Source: Rikenellaceae bacterium DTU001 (lineage in GTDB: Bacteria > Bacteroidota > Bacteroidia > Bacteroidales > DTU049). Taken from it: a stretch of DNA of 64,000 nt. The stretch is from positions 2,314 through 66,313 of the forward strand of contig LFSZ01000043.1 of assembly GCA_001512885.1 (NCBI GenBank). Direction: 5' to 3'. The position numbers were made by a program, and so were the translations under genes. This document shows, piece after piece, positions 38,621 through 48,995 of this stretch. Within the stretch, counting starts at the first letter, position 1. The number at the start of each line of letters is the position of its first letter. The notes under the pieces are model-generated. The model worked only from the letters and a program-made list of their open reading frames with translations, made no database searches and had not been told where the DNA came from.

Positions 38621-40987
38621 TTATAATATTAATGTAAAAATACTTTTAACTAACAGAGCTACTCCATAAGCTATTATAGTTGTATAAACTACAGTAAACA
38701 TAGCCCACCAAACCGAACCTGTTTCTTTTTTAATAGTTGATAAAGTAGCTATACATGGACAATATAACAAAGCAAAAAACAATAACCCAGCAGCAGATGG
38801 AGGCGACAATATATTAGCCATGGCTCCTCTATTAGGCAATACTATAGATAATGTAGATACTACAAGCTCTTTAGCTACCGAACCACTAATAAGTGCAGAT
38901 ATTACGTGCCATTCGTAGCCTAAAGGTTTAAATATGGGTTCCAAAAACATACTTATTTTAGCTAAATATGAGTTAGAAATACGCTCATATACTAATTGGG
39001 TATGTAAAGAATCCAACAAAGCTGTATTTGTTTCAGTTTCTGTGATTCTTGCTATTTGTGTCTCTATCAATCTAGTATTGTCATTATCTAATGGGAAATG
39101 AGATAAAAACCAAATTACAATAGAAGCTATAAAAATAGTAGTACCAATTTTTTTTAGATACATAGAAGCTCTAAACCACATGTGTTTTATAATAGCATTA
39201 AATGTAGGCATTCTATAAGGCGGTAATTCCATTACAAATGGAGAAGACTCTTTAGCAAATAAAAATTTTCTAAATAAAATAGCAACAATTGCTGCTATTA
39301 ATACGCCAGTTAAGTATAAGATAAATGGCATATATGCTAAAGAATTAGGGAAAAATATATTAATTATAAATACATAGATAGTTAATTTAGCATTGCAAGA
39401 AAAAAATGGATTTATCAATATAGTTATTTTTCTATCCGACGGATTTTCTAATATTCTAGCAGACATAATAGCTGGCACATTGCACCCAAACCCCATTATC
39501 ATTGGTATAAATGATTTGCCATGAAGTCCTATACGATGCATTAATTTATCCATCAAAAAAGCTACTCTACTCAAATAACCTGTATCCTCCATAAAGGCTA
39601 TAAATAAAAATAAAATCATTATATTAGGTAAAAAGACTAAAACGCTACCTATACCAGTAATCACACCATCTATTAATAAATTTTTAAATAATGATGCTGG
39701 CAAAAATCCAGACAAAAATACTTTGAACCAATCTACTCCTGATTCCATCCAATTTTGCAAATAACTACCTAAATAAAAGGTAGAAAAAAACATAACATAA
39801 AGAAAAGCAAGGAAAATGGGGATTCCCCAGATCTTGTGTGTCAATATTTTATCTAGCTTATCGATACTTTGGTCAGCATCCTCTTTTGAATAACTTAATG
39901 TCTCTTTAAGTGCACCTTTAATAAAACCATACCTCACATCTGTAAATAAAAATTCTGATGGTCGATTATATTGTTTTTCAATATTTTCGATACATTTATC
40001 TACTACGTTATTCAGAGAAGCATATTCATTTCTTTTCAGAAAACGATGAAATTCTGGATCTTTTTCTAATAATTTAATAGCTACGAAACGTTGAGATATA
40101 GCAGATTTAGTGAAATTTGTCTTAGCGATCTCATTTTCTATTTTTTCTATACAGGCTTCTACTGGCAGAGGGAAGTGTACGACGCTTTTCACTGTTAAAG
40201 TAGATTCATATCTATCGATGACTGCACTCAAAAGTTTATCTATACCTTTATTTTTTATTCCTATAGTAGGAATAATCGGTATTTTAAACATCTCTTCCAG
40301 TTTATCAATATTTAGCTTTGCTCCTTTTTTTGTTAATTCATCATACATATTAATAGCTATAATCATAGGATAGTCTAATTCCATCAGCTGAGTAGTAAGA
40401 AACATATTACGTTCTATATTAGAAGCATCTATTACATTGATGATAACATCTGGCATTTTTTTAAGTAAATAATGGCGTACAAAGGCTTCTTCTGGTGAAA
40501 ATACTTGAAGAGAATAAGTTCCTGGTAAATCTACAAAAGTGATTTTGTAATCTTTAAATTCTATAGTTCCACTTTTGGCATCTACAGTGACTCCAGCATA
40601 ATTGCCCACATGCTCATGTGCGTGGCTAACGTAATTAAAAATAGTTGTTTTTCCAGAATTTGGATTCCCTATAAGTGCTACTTCTATATTTTTGCTCTTT
40701 TTGGTTATTAAATGTTGAATATTTGTTGAAAGTATATCAATATTTTCAGATTCTTGTAATTCTTCTTCAGTTGTGATTTCAATATTAATAGCTTCACTTC
40801 TCCTGAGAGAAACCTTAGAGCCCATGACTTGAAAGAGTAATGGATCATTAAGGGGAGCTTTGTGTAGCAGAGTGACATTTTCATTGGTTTTAAACCCCAT
40901 TTCCATTAATCTATGACGAAAAGTCTCATTACCCTTGATCTTAACTATGTAGCCACTTTGTCCTATATCTAGATCGTTTAAAGTCAT
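38621..40987 (-). CDS. feoB: Ferrous iron transporter FeoB with N-terminal FeoA domain
   Basis: FeoA 'RLMEMG..APLNDP..SLRRSEA'; GNPNSGKT, DLPGTYS, GFGCNVP, FVMELPPY. Confidence 0.95.
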   Translation of the reverse strand: MTLNDLDIGQSGYIVKIKGNETFRHRLMEMGFKTNENVTLLHKAPLNDPLLFQVMGSKVSLRRSEAINIEITTEEELQESENIDILSTNIQHLITKKSKNIEVALIGNPNSGKTTIFNYVSHAHEHVGNYAGVTVDAKSGTIEFKDYKITFVDLPGTYSLQVFSPEEAFVRHYLLKKMPDVIINVIDASNIERNMFLTTQLMELDYPMIIAINMYDELTKKGAKLNIDKLEEMFKIPIIPTIGIKNKGIDKLLSAVIDRYESTLTVKSVVHFPLPVEACIEKIENEIAKTNFTKSAISQRFVAIKLLEKDPEFHRFLKRNEYASLNNVVDKCIENIEKQYNRPSEFLFTDVRYGFIKGALKETLSYSKEDADQSIDKLDKILTHKIWGIPIFLAFLYVMFFSTFYLGSYLQNWMESGVDWFKVFLSGFLPASLFKNLLIDGVITGIGSVLVFLPNIMILFLFIAFMEDTGYLSRVAFLMDKLMHRIGLHGKSFIPMIMGFGCNVPAIMSARILENPSDRKITILINPFFSCNAKLTIYVFIINIFFPNSLAYMPFILYLTGVLIAAIVAILFRKFLFAKESSPFVMELPPYRMPTFNAIIKHMWFRASMYLKKIGTTIFIASIVIWFLSHFPLDNDNTRLIETQIARITETETNTALLDSLHTQLVYERISNSYLAKISMFLEPIFKPLGYEWHVISALISGSVAKELVVSTLSIVLPNRGAMANILSPPSAAGLLFFALLYCPCIATLSTIKKETGSVWWAMFTVVYTTIIAYGVALLVKSIFTLIL

Positions 40988-41435
40988 TATCTATTCTATA
41001 ATAAATTGCAAAATTATGTATAAATGTTTATTAATATATTTCATAATTGATATTTATCAGAAAAATGTGATCTTAAAATGACAACATACAATGGTTTTCC
41101 GATTTTCGAAACTTTTAATCTATGTTTGAAAAATATTATTAATCAGGACCAAAAAAAATCATCACCTTCACTTTTTTGTTCCCCAAAATTAAGATGTTAA
41201 TAATTATATGCTTGAATATTAGTTTCAAAATGCCTTTATTTGCTCATTCTCCTCTAACTCTTCATTGAAACTCTCTACTCATCATAAATCTAAAAATCAT
41301 GCTTCGTATAAGTTTACTAAATGTCATTAACTAAAAGTCTGATTTAAAAAATAATTTTTTCTATACCTATCTCCATAAATATTGAATTATTAACTTATTT
41401 TTTTTAAAAGGTTTAATATATAATATTAAAATAAA

Positions 41436-42305
41436 TCAATATTTAATTACTTTTTTCCATCTTTTATGTGACCATAAATAGTCTCCAGGGTGTTCGCAAA
41501 TAGCTTTTTCTAAAACATTTGCAAATCTTTGTGTAATGGTTTTTGATTCTACTTTTTCTTCTCCATTATAAATTAAATGATATTTGGTAGTATATTCAAA
41601 AGGTTTTATATATAATATATCTGCAAAAAAAACTGGCATATTAAATTTAGTAGCTAAAAATTCTATGCCTCGATGAAAAGGTGTATTTATTCCAAAAAAA
41701 TCCACCCAATGCACCCCTGTATCTGTAGCTGGAGATTGATCTGCGACCATTAAAAAAACAGATGGAGTGCCTTGCTTTGAAACTTTTAATATATGCCTTG
41801 CAGCAGATCGATTGTCTATGAAAATAGTATTGGGAGAATGTAGATTATTTCTTAGCCAATTATCAATATACTTATTAGATAATGGTTTATAAACCATATA
41901 GACTGGCACTTCTAAAACCTCTGATAAAATTATTTGTGTCGTCCATGCATTCAAATGTCCCAATGCTATCATCACATTTTTGCCTTCTGATAAACATTTT
42001 TTTATTTCATTTATATTTTCAAATTTTAGATATTTTAATCTTTTAGTTTTATTTGTAGTCCCATTAATAGCTATATCTATGATTAATCTGGCAAAATAAT
42101 GATAAAATTGTTTTTCGATTTTTTTATAATAATTTTTAGATTTATCAGGAAATGCTAATTTTAAATTTTTTTGAACTACTTTTTTTCGATAGTGTAGCAA
42201 ATGATATGTAATGAAATAAATAAAATAATCCCAAAAAAAAAGTAAAAAATGAGGAGTATAACCTATTAATATTTGAAGTAATCTAGCAAAAAAGGATGTT
42301 AACAT
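41436..42305 (-). CDS. LpxL/HtrB-family lipid A acyltransferase-like protein
   Basis: 'YRKKVVQKNLKLAFPDK', 'YKPL.N', 'ADQSP', 'YLWSHKRWK'. Confidence 0.85.
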   Translation of the reverse strand: MLTSFFARLLQILIGYTPHFLLFFWDYFIYFITYHLLHYRKKVVQKNLKLAFPDKSKNYYKKIEKQFYHYFARLIIDIAINGTTNKTKRLKYLKFENINEIKKCLSEGKNVMIALGHLNAWTTQIILSEVLEVPVYMVYKPLSNKYIDNWLRNNLHSPNTIFIDNRSAARHILKVSKQGTPSVFLMVADQSPATDTGVHWVDFFGINTPFHRGIEFLATKFNMPVFFADILYIKPFEYTTKYHLIYNGEEKVESKTITQRFANVLEKAICEHPGDYLWSHKRWKKVIKY

Positions 42306-42579
42306 TATAAAATTTTTACAAAAATATATATTTATATTTACAAAAAAGATTTTAATACTAAATAATTAATACACTTAAAAGCTAATAAAAAATAAAAACA
42401 ACAACAAATGACTTTCGGCTTTCTTGCTTTTTTATCTCTCATTTTATCATTTATAGCTTTTATATTAAACTTTAGTAATTTTTAATTAAAATAAAAAACA
42501 ATCTTAAATAAAATCAGTTAATGTTTTAGATAATACATATTTTACTTTCGATAAAAATATTATTTTTGCATAAATAATA

Positions 42580-44631
42580 TTGAAAATGAAAAATTTTTTA
42601 AAAATATTTCTATGTGTTATATTGTGTATTTTATGTATACCAAGATTAAATTCCAAAAATACTTATGATATCGATAAGGAGTTTATCGATATTATAACTA
42701 AAAGATCTTTGGATGATATAACTGATAATCTAAAAAACATAAAAGATACAATTAAAATATTTAATATTTTAGATACTTTAGAAAATCAAGCTTTATATAA
42801 AAATGATTTAAACCTTAGAGCTAAAATAGAATTTACTAGAGGTTGTTTGCATTACTTAGGTTCTAATCATATACAATCATTAAAACATTTTTCCACATCA
42901 TACAGGATTTTTACTTCACTACACGATACTGTAGGCATAGTATATTCTTTATATTATCAAAGTGTAATTGCTTTTAATATAAATTTGAATTCAATAATAG
43001 TATCAAACTTTTTCGAAGCTAAAGATTATCTACCAGGATTTAAAAATGATAGTTTATTAATAGAATTTTACAGATTATTAGGTTCAGCATATTTTAATAT
43101 GGGCTTTTACAAAGAAAGTATAGATGCTGTACAATCTGCAATACAACTATCATACCATATCAATAGTAAAGAACAATTGTTGCGTTCATACATGAATTTA
43201 GCATTAAATTTTATAGAATTAAAAAAATATAAAGAAGCCGAAGAAATACTATTATATGTTTTAGAAAAAGCCCAAGAATCAAATAATTACAATTTAATAG
43301 GTACTGCTTATTCTTATATTGGATACTTATATAATGAATTTGGAGAATATGAAAAAGGAATAGAATATAATAAAAAAGCTTTAGAATTTAGAAAAAAAAT
43401 CAATGATAAACGTGGTATATCTACCGAATTAAATAATATAGCAGATGGATATTATAAATTAGGTAATTATACAATGTCTATTGAGTTTAGCAAAGAAGCA
43501 TTAAAATATGCAGATAGTGCTAATCTAACAAATGCTAAGATATCAGCCAATTTTATTTTAGCACAATCTTATGCTTGTCTTGGTAATTATAAAGGTGCTT
43601 TCGATGCATTATTAAAATCTTATACTGCTTATAAAGAAAAATATAATCAAAATTTTATTCAAGAAGTACTGGATATACTTGTGAAAACTTCTTATGATTA
43701 TCTTATTAATGAAAACATGGCATTAAAGCAAAAATTAGAAATAAATGCTAAACTTATAAAAAATAATCGCAATTTACAGTTTTTTATGGTTTTGATAATA
43801 ATCATTACTATTATTATCGCCTACTTTTTGTTTAGAAATACAATGAAAAATCGTAGATTAGTTAAAGAAATGGCTAAAATAAACCTAGAATTAATAGAGA
43901 CTAATAAAAAACTAATAGAAAACGAAGAAGCCTTAAAAATAGCAAATGCAACTAAAGATAAATTTTTGAGCATCATAGCTCATGATATACGCAATCCGAT
44001 AGCTAGTATGATAAGTTTTATCAGAATAATGAGAAGAGATTTTAATGATCTAACAAAAGAAGAGAGAAATGCTCTGATAGATGAGCTAGAAAAGGTTGTG
44101 AATAACACAAATCAATTACTTGACAATTTGCTTTTATGGGTAAGATCTCAATCAGGTAAAATAGAAGTAAAAATAGTAGATACTAATCTAAATAATATAA
44201 TATCTCACGTGCAAGATTTGTTTACATCAATAGCTAAAAACAAAAATATTGATTTAATAATTGAAGGTGATACTAATATAGATATAAAAACAGATGTGGA
44301 TATGTTAAATACTATTTTGCGTAATCTTGTAAATAATGCTATAAAATTTACTCACCCTCAAGGTACAGTAACTATTAGTACTGAAATATCAAACGGTAAT
44401 TTGATAATTTCTGTATCTGATACGGGTATTGGAATGTCCGAAGAATTACAAGAAAAATTATTTAAAATCGGTGAAAAAGTAGTTCAGAATGGTACTAATA
44501 AGGAAACTGGCTCTGGATTAGGTTTGTTACTCGTTAAAGAATTTGTCACACTTTTAAATGGTAAATTAGAATTAGAAAGTGAAAAGGGCAAAGGGACTAC
44601 TTTTAGAATATATTTGCCCTTGGATTTTTAA
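42580..44631 (+). CDS. TPR-containing sensor histidine kinase
   Basis: Signal peptide, TPRs, one TM, 'IIAHDIRNP', NAIKFT, DTGIG, GSGLGL. Confidence 0.9.
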   Translation: MKMKNFLKIFLCVILCILCIPRLNSKNTYDIDKEFIDIITKRSLDDITDNLKNIKDTIKIFNILDTLENQALYKNDLNLRAKIEFTRGCLHYLGSNHIQSLKHFSTSYRIFTSLHDTVGIVYSLYYQSVIAFNINLNSIIVSNFFEAKDYLPGFKNDSLLIEFYRLLGSAYFNMGFYKESIDAVQSAIQLSYHINSKEQLLRSYMNLALNFIELKKYKEAEEILLYVLEKAQESNNYNLIGTAYSYIGYLYNEFGEYEKGIEYNKKALEFRKKINDKRGISTELNNIADGYYKLGNYTMSIEFSKEALKYADSANLTNAKISANFILAQSYACLGNYKGAFDALLKSYTAYKEKYNQNFIQEVLDILVKTSYDYLINENMALKQKLEINAKLIKNNRNLQFFMVLIIIITIIIAYFLFRNTMKNRRLVKEMAKINLELIETNKKLIENEEALKIANATKDKFLSIIAHDIRNPIASMISFIRIMRRDFNDLTKEERNALIDELEKVVNNTNQLLDNLLLWVRSQSGKIEVKIVDTNLNNIISHVQDLFTSIAKNKNIDLIIEGDTNIDIKTDVDMLNTILRNLVNNAIKFTHPQGTVTISTEISNGNLIISVSDTGIGMSEELQEKLFKIGEKVVQNGTNKETGSGLGLLLVKEFVTLLNGKLELESEKGKGTTFRIYLPLDF

Positions 44632-44779
44632 TTTATTTGTACTGATATTGAATTTCATATTTATTTATAAAGTAATCATTTAATTAACATTTGATAATTT
44701 ACAACTTCCAATAATTTTATTTTTTATGTATATTTGCATTACATTATGTGATTATGATTGAATAATAAAAAATGAAAAA

Positions 44780-46771
44780 ATGAAAAAAATTTATATATTT
44801 TTTGCAAGCTTAATTAGTATTTTATCCATTTCAGCACAAGATTACAATTGTACAAGCATTCCTAAAAGCAAACATCAACAAAAATTGGACCTTGCTATTT
44901 CAAAAATATATCAAGGCATGCAAAGCAAATTTATTGAATCTCAAAAAATTTATTTTAGTGAAGCTACCGAAATTTTAAAATCTATAAATGAAAATCATGA
45001 ATATCCTATTGTTAACTATTATTTAGGATTAACATATATTTATAAACCTGATAATAATTTTTACCTTGCAGAACAATATTTAAAAAAAGCAATAGATGCT
45101 TGTCCTGATGATATACCAGAGGCATATTTTCATTTAGGTAAATTAGCATATACTAATAATGATAAATGTGAGGCTATAAATTATTTTAAGCGTTTTTTAT
45201 CTTATGAAGGTGATTTTGATACTCTTTTGGATGAAGCTCGATTGCTTTTGAAGTGGAGTATAGAGATATGTGACATAATCAGTAATCCCGTTCCTTTTGA
45301 GCCTAAATTAGTAAAAGGTATTAGTAGTCCTTTAGATGACTATTTAGTGTCTTTGAGTCCTGATAATGAAATAGCCTATTATACTAGAAAAACAAAAGAA
45401 TATCAATTATCCGGTTATAAGTCTGAGCCTGCATTTCAAGAAAGATTTTACTATAGTTATCGTATTGGTAAAAATGAGTTTGATAATGGCAAACTAATGC
45501 CATATCCTTTTAATAGAAATGAAAATGAAGGCGGTGCTACGATTACAGGTAATAACAAAGAATTGATCTATACTGTATGTATAATGGTCAATAGTCCCAG
45601 ACAGTATTATAATTGCGATTTATATTCATCGAGATACGTGAAAGGTTATTGGACAGATATCATACCACTAGATAGAGTTAATAGGCCAGATACTTGGGAA
45701 AGTATGCCATCAATAACTGCTGATGGTCAAGAGTTATATTTTGTGAGCAATAGACCTGGAGGTATAGGTGGTTATGATATTTATAAAAGTATAAGAGATC
45801 AAAATGGTGAATGGTCTGAACCTATTAATTTGGGCAGACCTATTAATACTCCTGGTGATGAAAAATCGCCATTTATTCATACTGATACTCGTACCTTATA
45901 TTTTAGTTCTAATGGACATCCTGGAATAGGCGGTTATGATATTTTTTATGTAAAATTGAATGATAATGATGATAAATCTTATCTGAAAGTCAAAAATATA
46001 GGGTTTCCAATAAATACCGAAAATGATGAAGTGGGTTTCGTAGTGAGTCTAGATGGTAGATATGGCTATTTTGCTAGTAATAATATTAAAAATCAAAGCA
46101 TTGGTGGAATGGATTTTTATTATTTCGATTTGCATCCTGATGCTAAACCAGAAGAAGTATTGTTGGTAAAAGGAAATCTAAAATCTCAAGATACTACACA
46201 GTCTGTAAAAGCTACTATACAGATAAAAAGCATGGAAAGCAAAAAAGTATCGTTTATTCCTGTAGATGATGAGGGAGATTATGCAGCTACATTGTTAAAA
46301 AATGAAGATTATTTATTAACTATAAAAGGCGAAGATATTGTTTATCAGAGTACTTATATATCTGCTAGAGATTCATTAGAGGCTTCAATTATAGAGCTAG
46401 AAATGGAAGTACAACCTATAGAGCTGGGAATGCACTATCGCTTACACAATATTTATTTTGCTTTTAATTCTGCAGATATTTTACCTAGTTCTCAAAAGGT
46501 ACTCGATGAGTTTATAATATTTTTGAATGATCACCCTACTATGAAAATTAGCATCGAAGGACATACGGACTATATCGGTAGCGACGATTTCAACTTGATA
46601 CTTTCCGAAAAAAGAGCAAGGGCAGTTTATGACTATTTAGTTATTAATGGAATAAATAAAAATCGTTTGGAATGTAAAGGTTTTGGTAAACAAAGACCAA
46701 TAGCCACAAATGACACTGAAGAGGGTAGAGCAATGAATAGAAGGACTGAATTTGTGATATTGAGTTATTAA
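44780..46771 (+). CDS. OmpA-family protein (TPR, PD40 repeats, OmpA C-terminal domain; PorE-like architecture)
   Basis: 'LYFVSNRPGGIGGYDIY' PD40 repeats; 'IEGHTD...LSEKRA...NRRTEF'. Confidence 0.88.
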   Translation: MKKIYIFFASLISILSISAQDYNCTSIPKSKHQQKLDLAISKIYQGMQSKFIESQKIYFSEATEILKSINENHEYPIVNYYLGLTYIYKPDNNFYLAEQYLKKAIDACPDDIPEAYFHLGKLAYTNNDKCEAINYFKRFLSYEGDFDTLLDEARLLLKWSIEICDIISNPVPFEPKLVKGISSPLDDYLVSLSPDNEIAYYTRKTKEYQLSGYKSEPAFQERFYYSYRIGKNEFDNGKLMPYPFNRNENEGGATITGNNKELIYTVCIMVNSPRQYYNCDLYSSRYVKGYWTDIIPLDRVNRPDTWESMPSITADGQELYFVSNRPGGIGGYDIYKSIRDQNGEWSEPINLGRPINTPGDEKSPFIHTDTRTLYFSSNGHPGIGGYDIFYVKLNDNDDKSYLKVKNIGFPINTENDEVGFVVSLDGRYGYFASNNIKNQSIGGMDFYYFDLHPDAKPEEVLLVKGNLKSQDTTQSVKATIQIKSMESKKVSFIPVDDEGDYAATLLKNEDYLLTIKGEDIVYQSTYISARDSLEASIIELEMEVQPIELGMHYRLHNIYFAFNSADILPSSQKVLDEFIIFLNDHPTMKISIEGHTDYIGSDDFNLILSEKRARAVYDYLVINGINKNRLECKGFGKQRPIATNDTEEGRAMNRRTEFVILSY

Positions 46772-46810
46772 AATTGATATTTAATCATTTAAATGTGAAA
46801 AATTTCATAA

Positions 46811-47464
46811 TTACTCAATAACTCCATCTTTTATATATACTATTCTATCTGATATTTTTGCAAAAGACTCTTGGTGGGTTACTAAAATTATTGTGCGTTT
46901 GCATTCATCACGCAATTTCTTGAATAAATTTATTACTTCTTGAGCATTTTTACTATCTAGATTACCAGTAGGCTCATCAGCAAGTAAAACTTTAGGATTG
47001 TTGATCAAAGCTCTAGCAATAGCTACACGTTGTTGTTCGCCTCCTGATAGTTCTTGTGGTCTATGAGTAAAGCGATGTGATAAATTTAAATTTTCCAATA
47101 ATATTTTAGCTTTATCCATAGCTTCATCTTTGTTTAGACCACCTATTAATACTGGAAGCATTACATTTTCGATAGCTGTAAACTCCGGTAAAAGATGATG
47201 AAACTGAAATACAAACCCAAGATTTTTATTACGAAAATCACTCAATTCTTTATCATTTAATTTATAAATATCTATATCATTATATTTCACTGTGCCACTA
47301 TCCGGTTTTTCTAATGTGCCAATTAAATGTAGCAATGTAGACTTGCCAGCGCCGCTAGGTCCTACTATCGATATAAATTCATTTTCTTTTATTTCTAAAT
47401 TGATACCTTTCAAAACTTCAACAGGCTTAAAGGATTTATAAATGTTTTCTAATTTAATTATCAT
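46811..47464 (-). CDS. lolD: Lipoprotein-releasing ABC ATPase LolD
   Basis: [39 protein letters not shown]. Confidence 0.85.
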   Translation of the reverse strand: MIIKLENIYKSFKPVEVLKGINLEIKENEFISIVGPSGAGKSTLLHLIGTLEKPDSGTVKYNDIDIYKLNDKELSDFRNKNLGFVFQFHHLLPEFTAIENVMLPVLIGGLNKDEAMDKAKILLENLNLSHRFTHRPQELSGGEQQRVAIARALINNPKVLLADEPTGNLDSKNAQEVINLFKKLRDECKRTIILVTHQESFAKISDRIVYIKDGVIE

Positions 47465-47573
47465 AATTTCAAAAAATTAACATAAAATTATTGCCAAAAT
47501 TACAAATCAAAAATTAATTATATTTATTTTAATAATAATTAATTCTTTTTAATTACTTTTGTTACAAAAAAAT

Positions 47574-48797
47574 TTGAAAATCGATAGGTATCTTGCTTCT
47601 AAATTGATACAAAGTAAACAAGAAGGGTCAGCGCGCCCTATACTGATAATTGCTCAAATATCAATAGCTATTAGTATTTTTGCTATGCTTATTTCTTTTG
47701 CTATCATTAGAGGATTCAAAACTGAAATTAAAGAAAAAGTAGTCGGTTTTAATGGTCATCTACAAATTGCTAATTATAGTAGTTTAGTAGAAGTTTATAC
47801 TAGCGATCCTATTGCATATCCACGCGATGATGTAGAAAGTTTGAAATCTATTAGTGGTATCGTCTCTATAGCACCTGTAATAGAAAAACCAGCAATTCTA
47901 CACGAAGATAATTTAATCGAAGGGATCATCTTTAAAGGTATTAATGCTGATTACCCAAAAGATTTCTTCGAAAAAAATCTTGTAAAAGGTCGCTTCCCTA
48001 ATTTAGATACAGCCCTCACTGAAGTATGTATTTCTAAAAATATTGCCCAAAAGTATAATCTAGACATAGATAGTGCTGTTAGAATTTATTTTTTTAAAGA
48101 AGGTCAATACACTCCAAGAGGTCGTAAATTAAAAATTGTTGGTATTTATAATACCGGATTACAAGATTATGACAATCATTACGTTTTAGGTAATATTAAA
48201 ATTCCTCAACAGATAGATGGTTGGAGTGATTCATTAGTAGCAGCTTACGAAATATATCTGACAGATATCGATAAAATAGATATTATAAAACCATTGATAT
48301 TGCAAAGGCTAAATTATGATGTGCAATTAATAGACGTCAGAGACAAAGAAAATCGTTTTTTTTCATGGTTAGAAATGCTAAATAGTAATGTGGTAGTGAT
48401 ATATATTCTAATGGCTATCGTCGCTTTTATTAATATTATTAGCATTTTACTAATATTAATCTTAGAAAAAATCAAATTTATCGGACTAATGAAGACTCTG
48501 GGAATGACCACAAATAATCTTTCAAAAGTATTTTTGTGGATTACAATGCGGTATATATGTTATAGTTTGATCATTGGTAATGTAGTTACAATTTTATTGA
48601 TAATTGCTCAAAATCTATGGCACCTGATACCACTCAATGAAGCTATGTACTACATGTCATATGTGCCTATGCAGTTTGATTTTGATTATTTCATTTTTGC
48701 CAATTTAGCTATTATATTTTTAGGTTTATTAGGAATAGTGATACCTCGCTTGGTTATCAAGCAGATATCACCTGCAGAAGCTTTAAAAATAGAATAG
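47574..48797 (+). CDS. LolC/E-family lipoprotein-releasing permease
   Basis: TM-periplasmic-3TM layout, 'IGLMKTLG', 'ISPAEAL'. TTG 47574 preferred because TTG 47559 overlaps a TACTTTTG -7 element. Confidence 0.8.
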   Translation: MKIDRYLASKLIQSKQEGSARPILIIAQISIAISIFAMLISFAIIRGFKTEIKEKVVGFNGHLQIANYSSLVEVYTSDPIAYPRDDVESLKSISGIVSIAPVIEKPAILHEDNLIEGIIFKGINADYPKDFFEKNLVKGRFPNLDTALTEVCISKNIAQKYNLDIDSAVRIYFFKEGQYTPRGRKLKIVGIYNTGLQDYDNHYVLGNIKIPQQIDGWSDSLVAAYEIYLTDIDKIDIIKPLILQRLNYDVQLIDVRDKENRFFSWLEMLNSNVVVIYILMAIVAFINIISILLILILEKIKFIGLMKTLGMTTNNLSKVFLWITMRYICYSLIIGNVVTILLIIAQNLWHLIPLNEAMYYMSYVPMQFDFDYFIFANLAIIFLGLLGIVIPRLVIKQISPAEALKIE

Positions 48798-48995
48798 ATA
48801 ACAAGTAATTGAAATGAAAATCAAATAATTAAGTATACTAGTGATTTATTAATTTTCAATTTATTTAAATTAATCTTAGCGAATTGATTTTATGATATTT
48901 AAATGCCCAAGTTTTAACTTTTAAATTAGATTAATTTACTATTTTTGATGAAATTTTTAAATTTATATTTTTGTAATAAATAAAAATATATAAAT

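Noticed and set aside
38621..40987. FeoA-FeoB fusion as a novelty
   Set aside because: This arrangement is already known in Bacteroidota.
41078..41200. 40-codon plus-strand ORF upstream of feoB
   Set aside because: No recognisable motif, promoter or coding signal.
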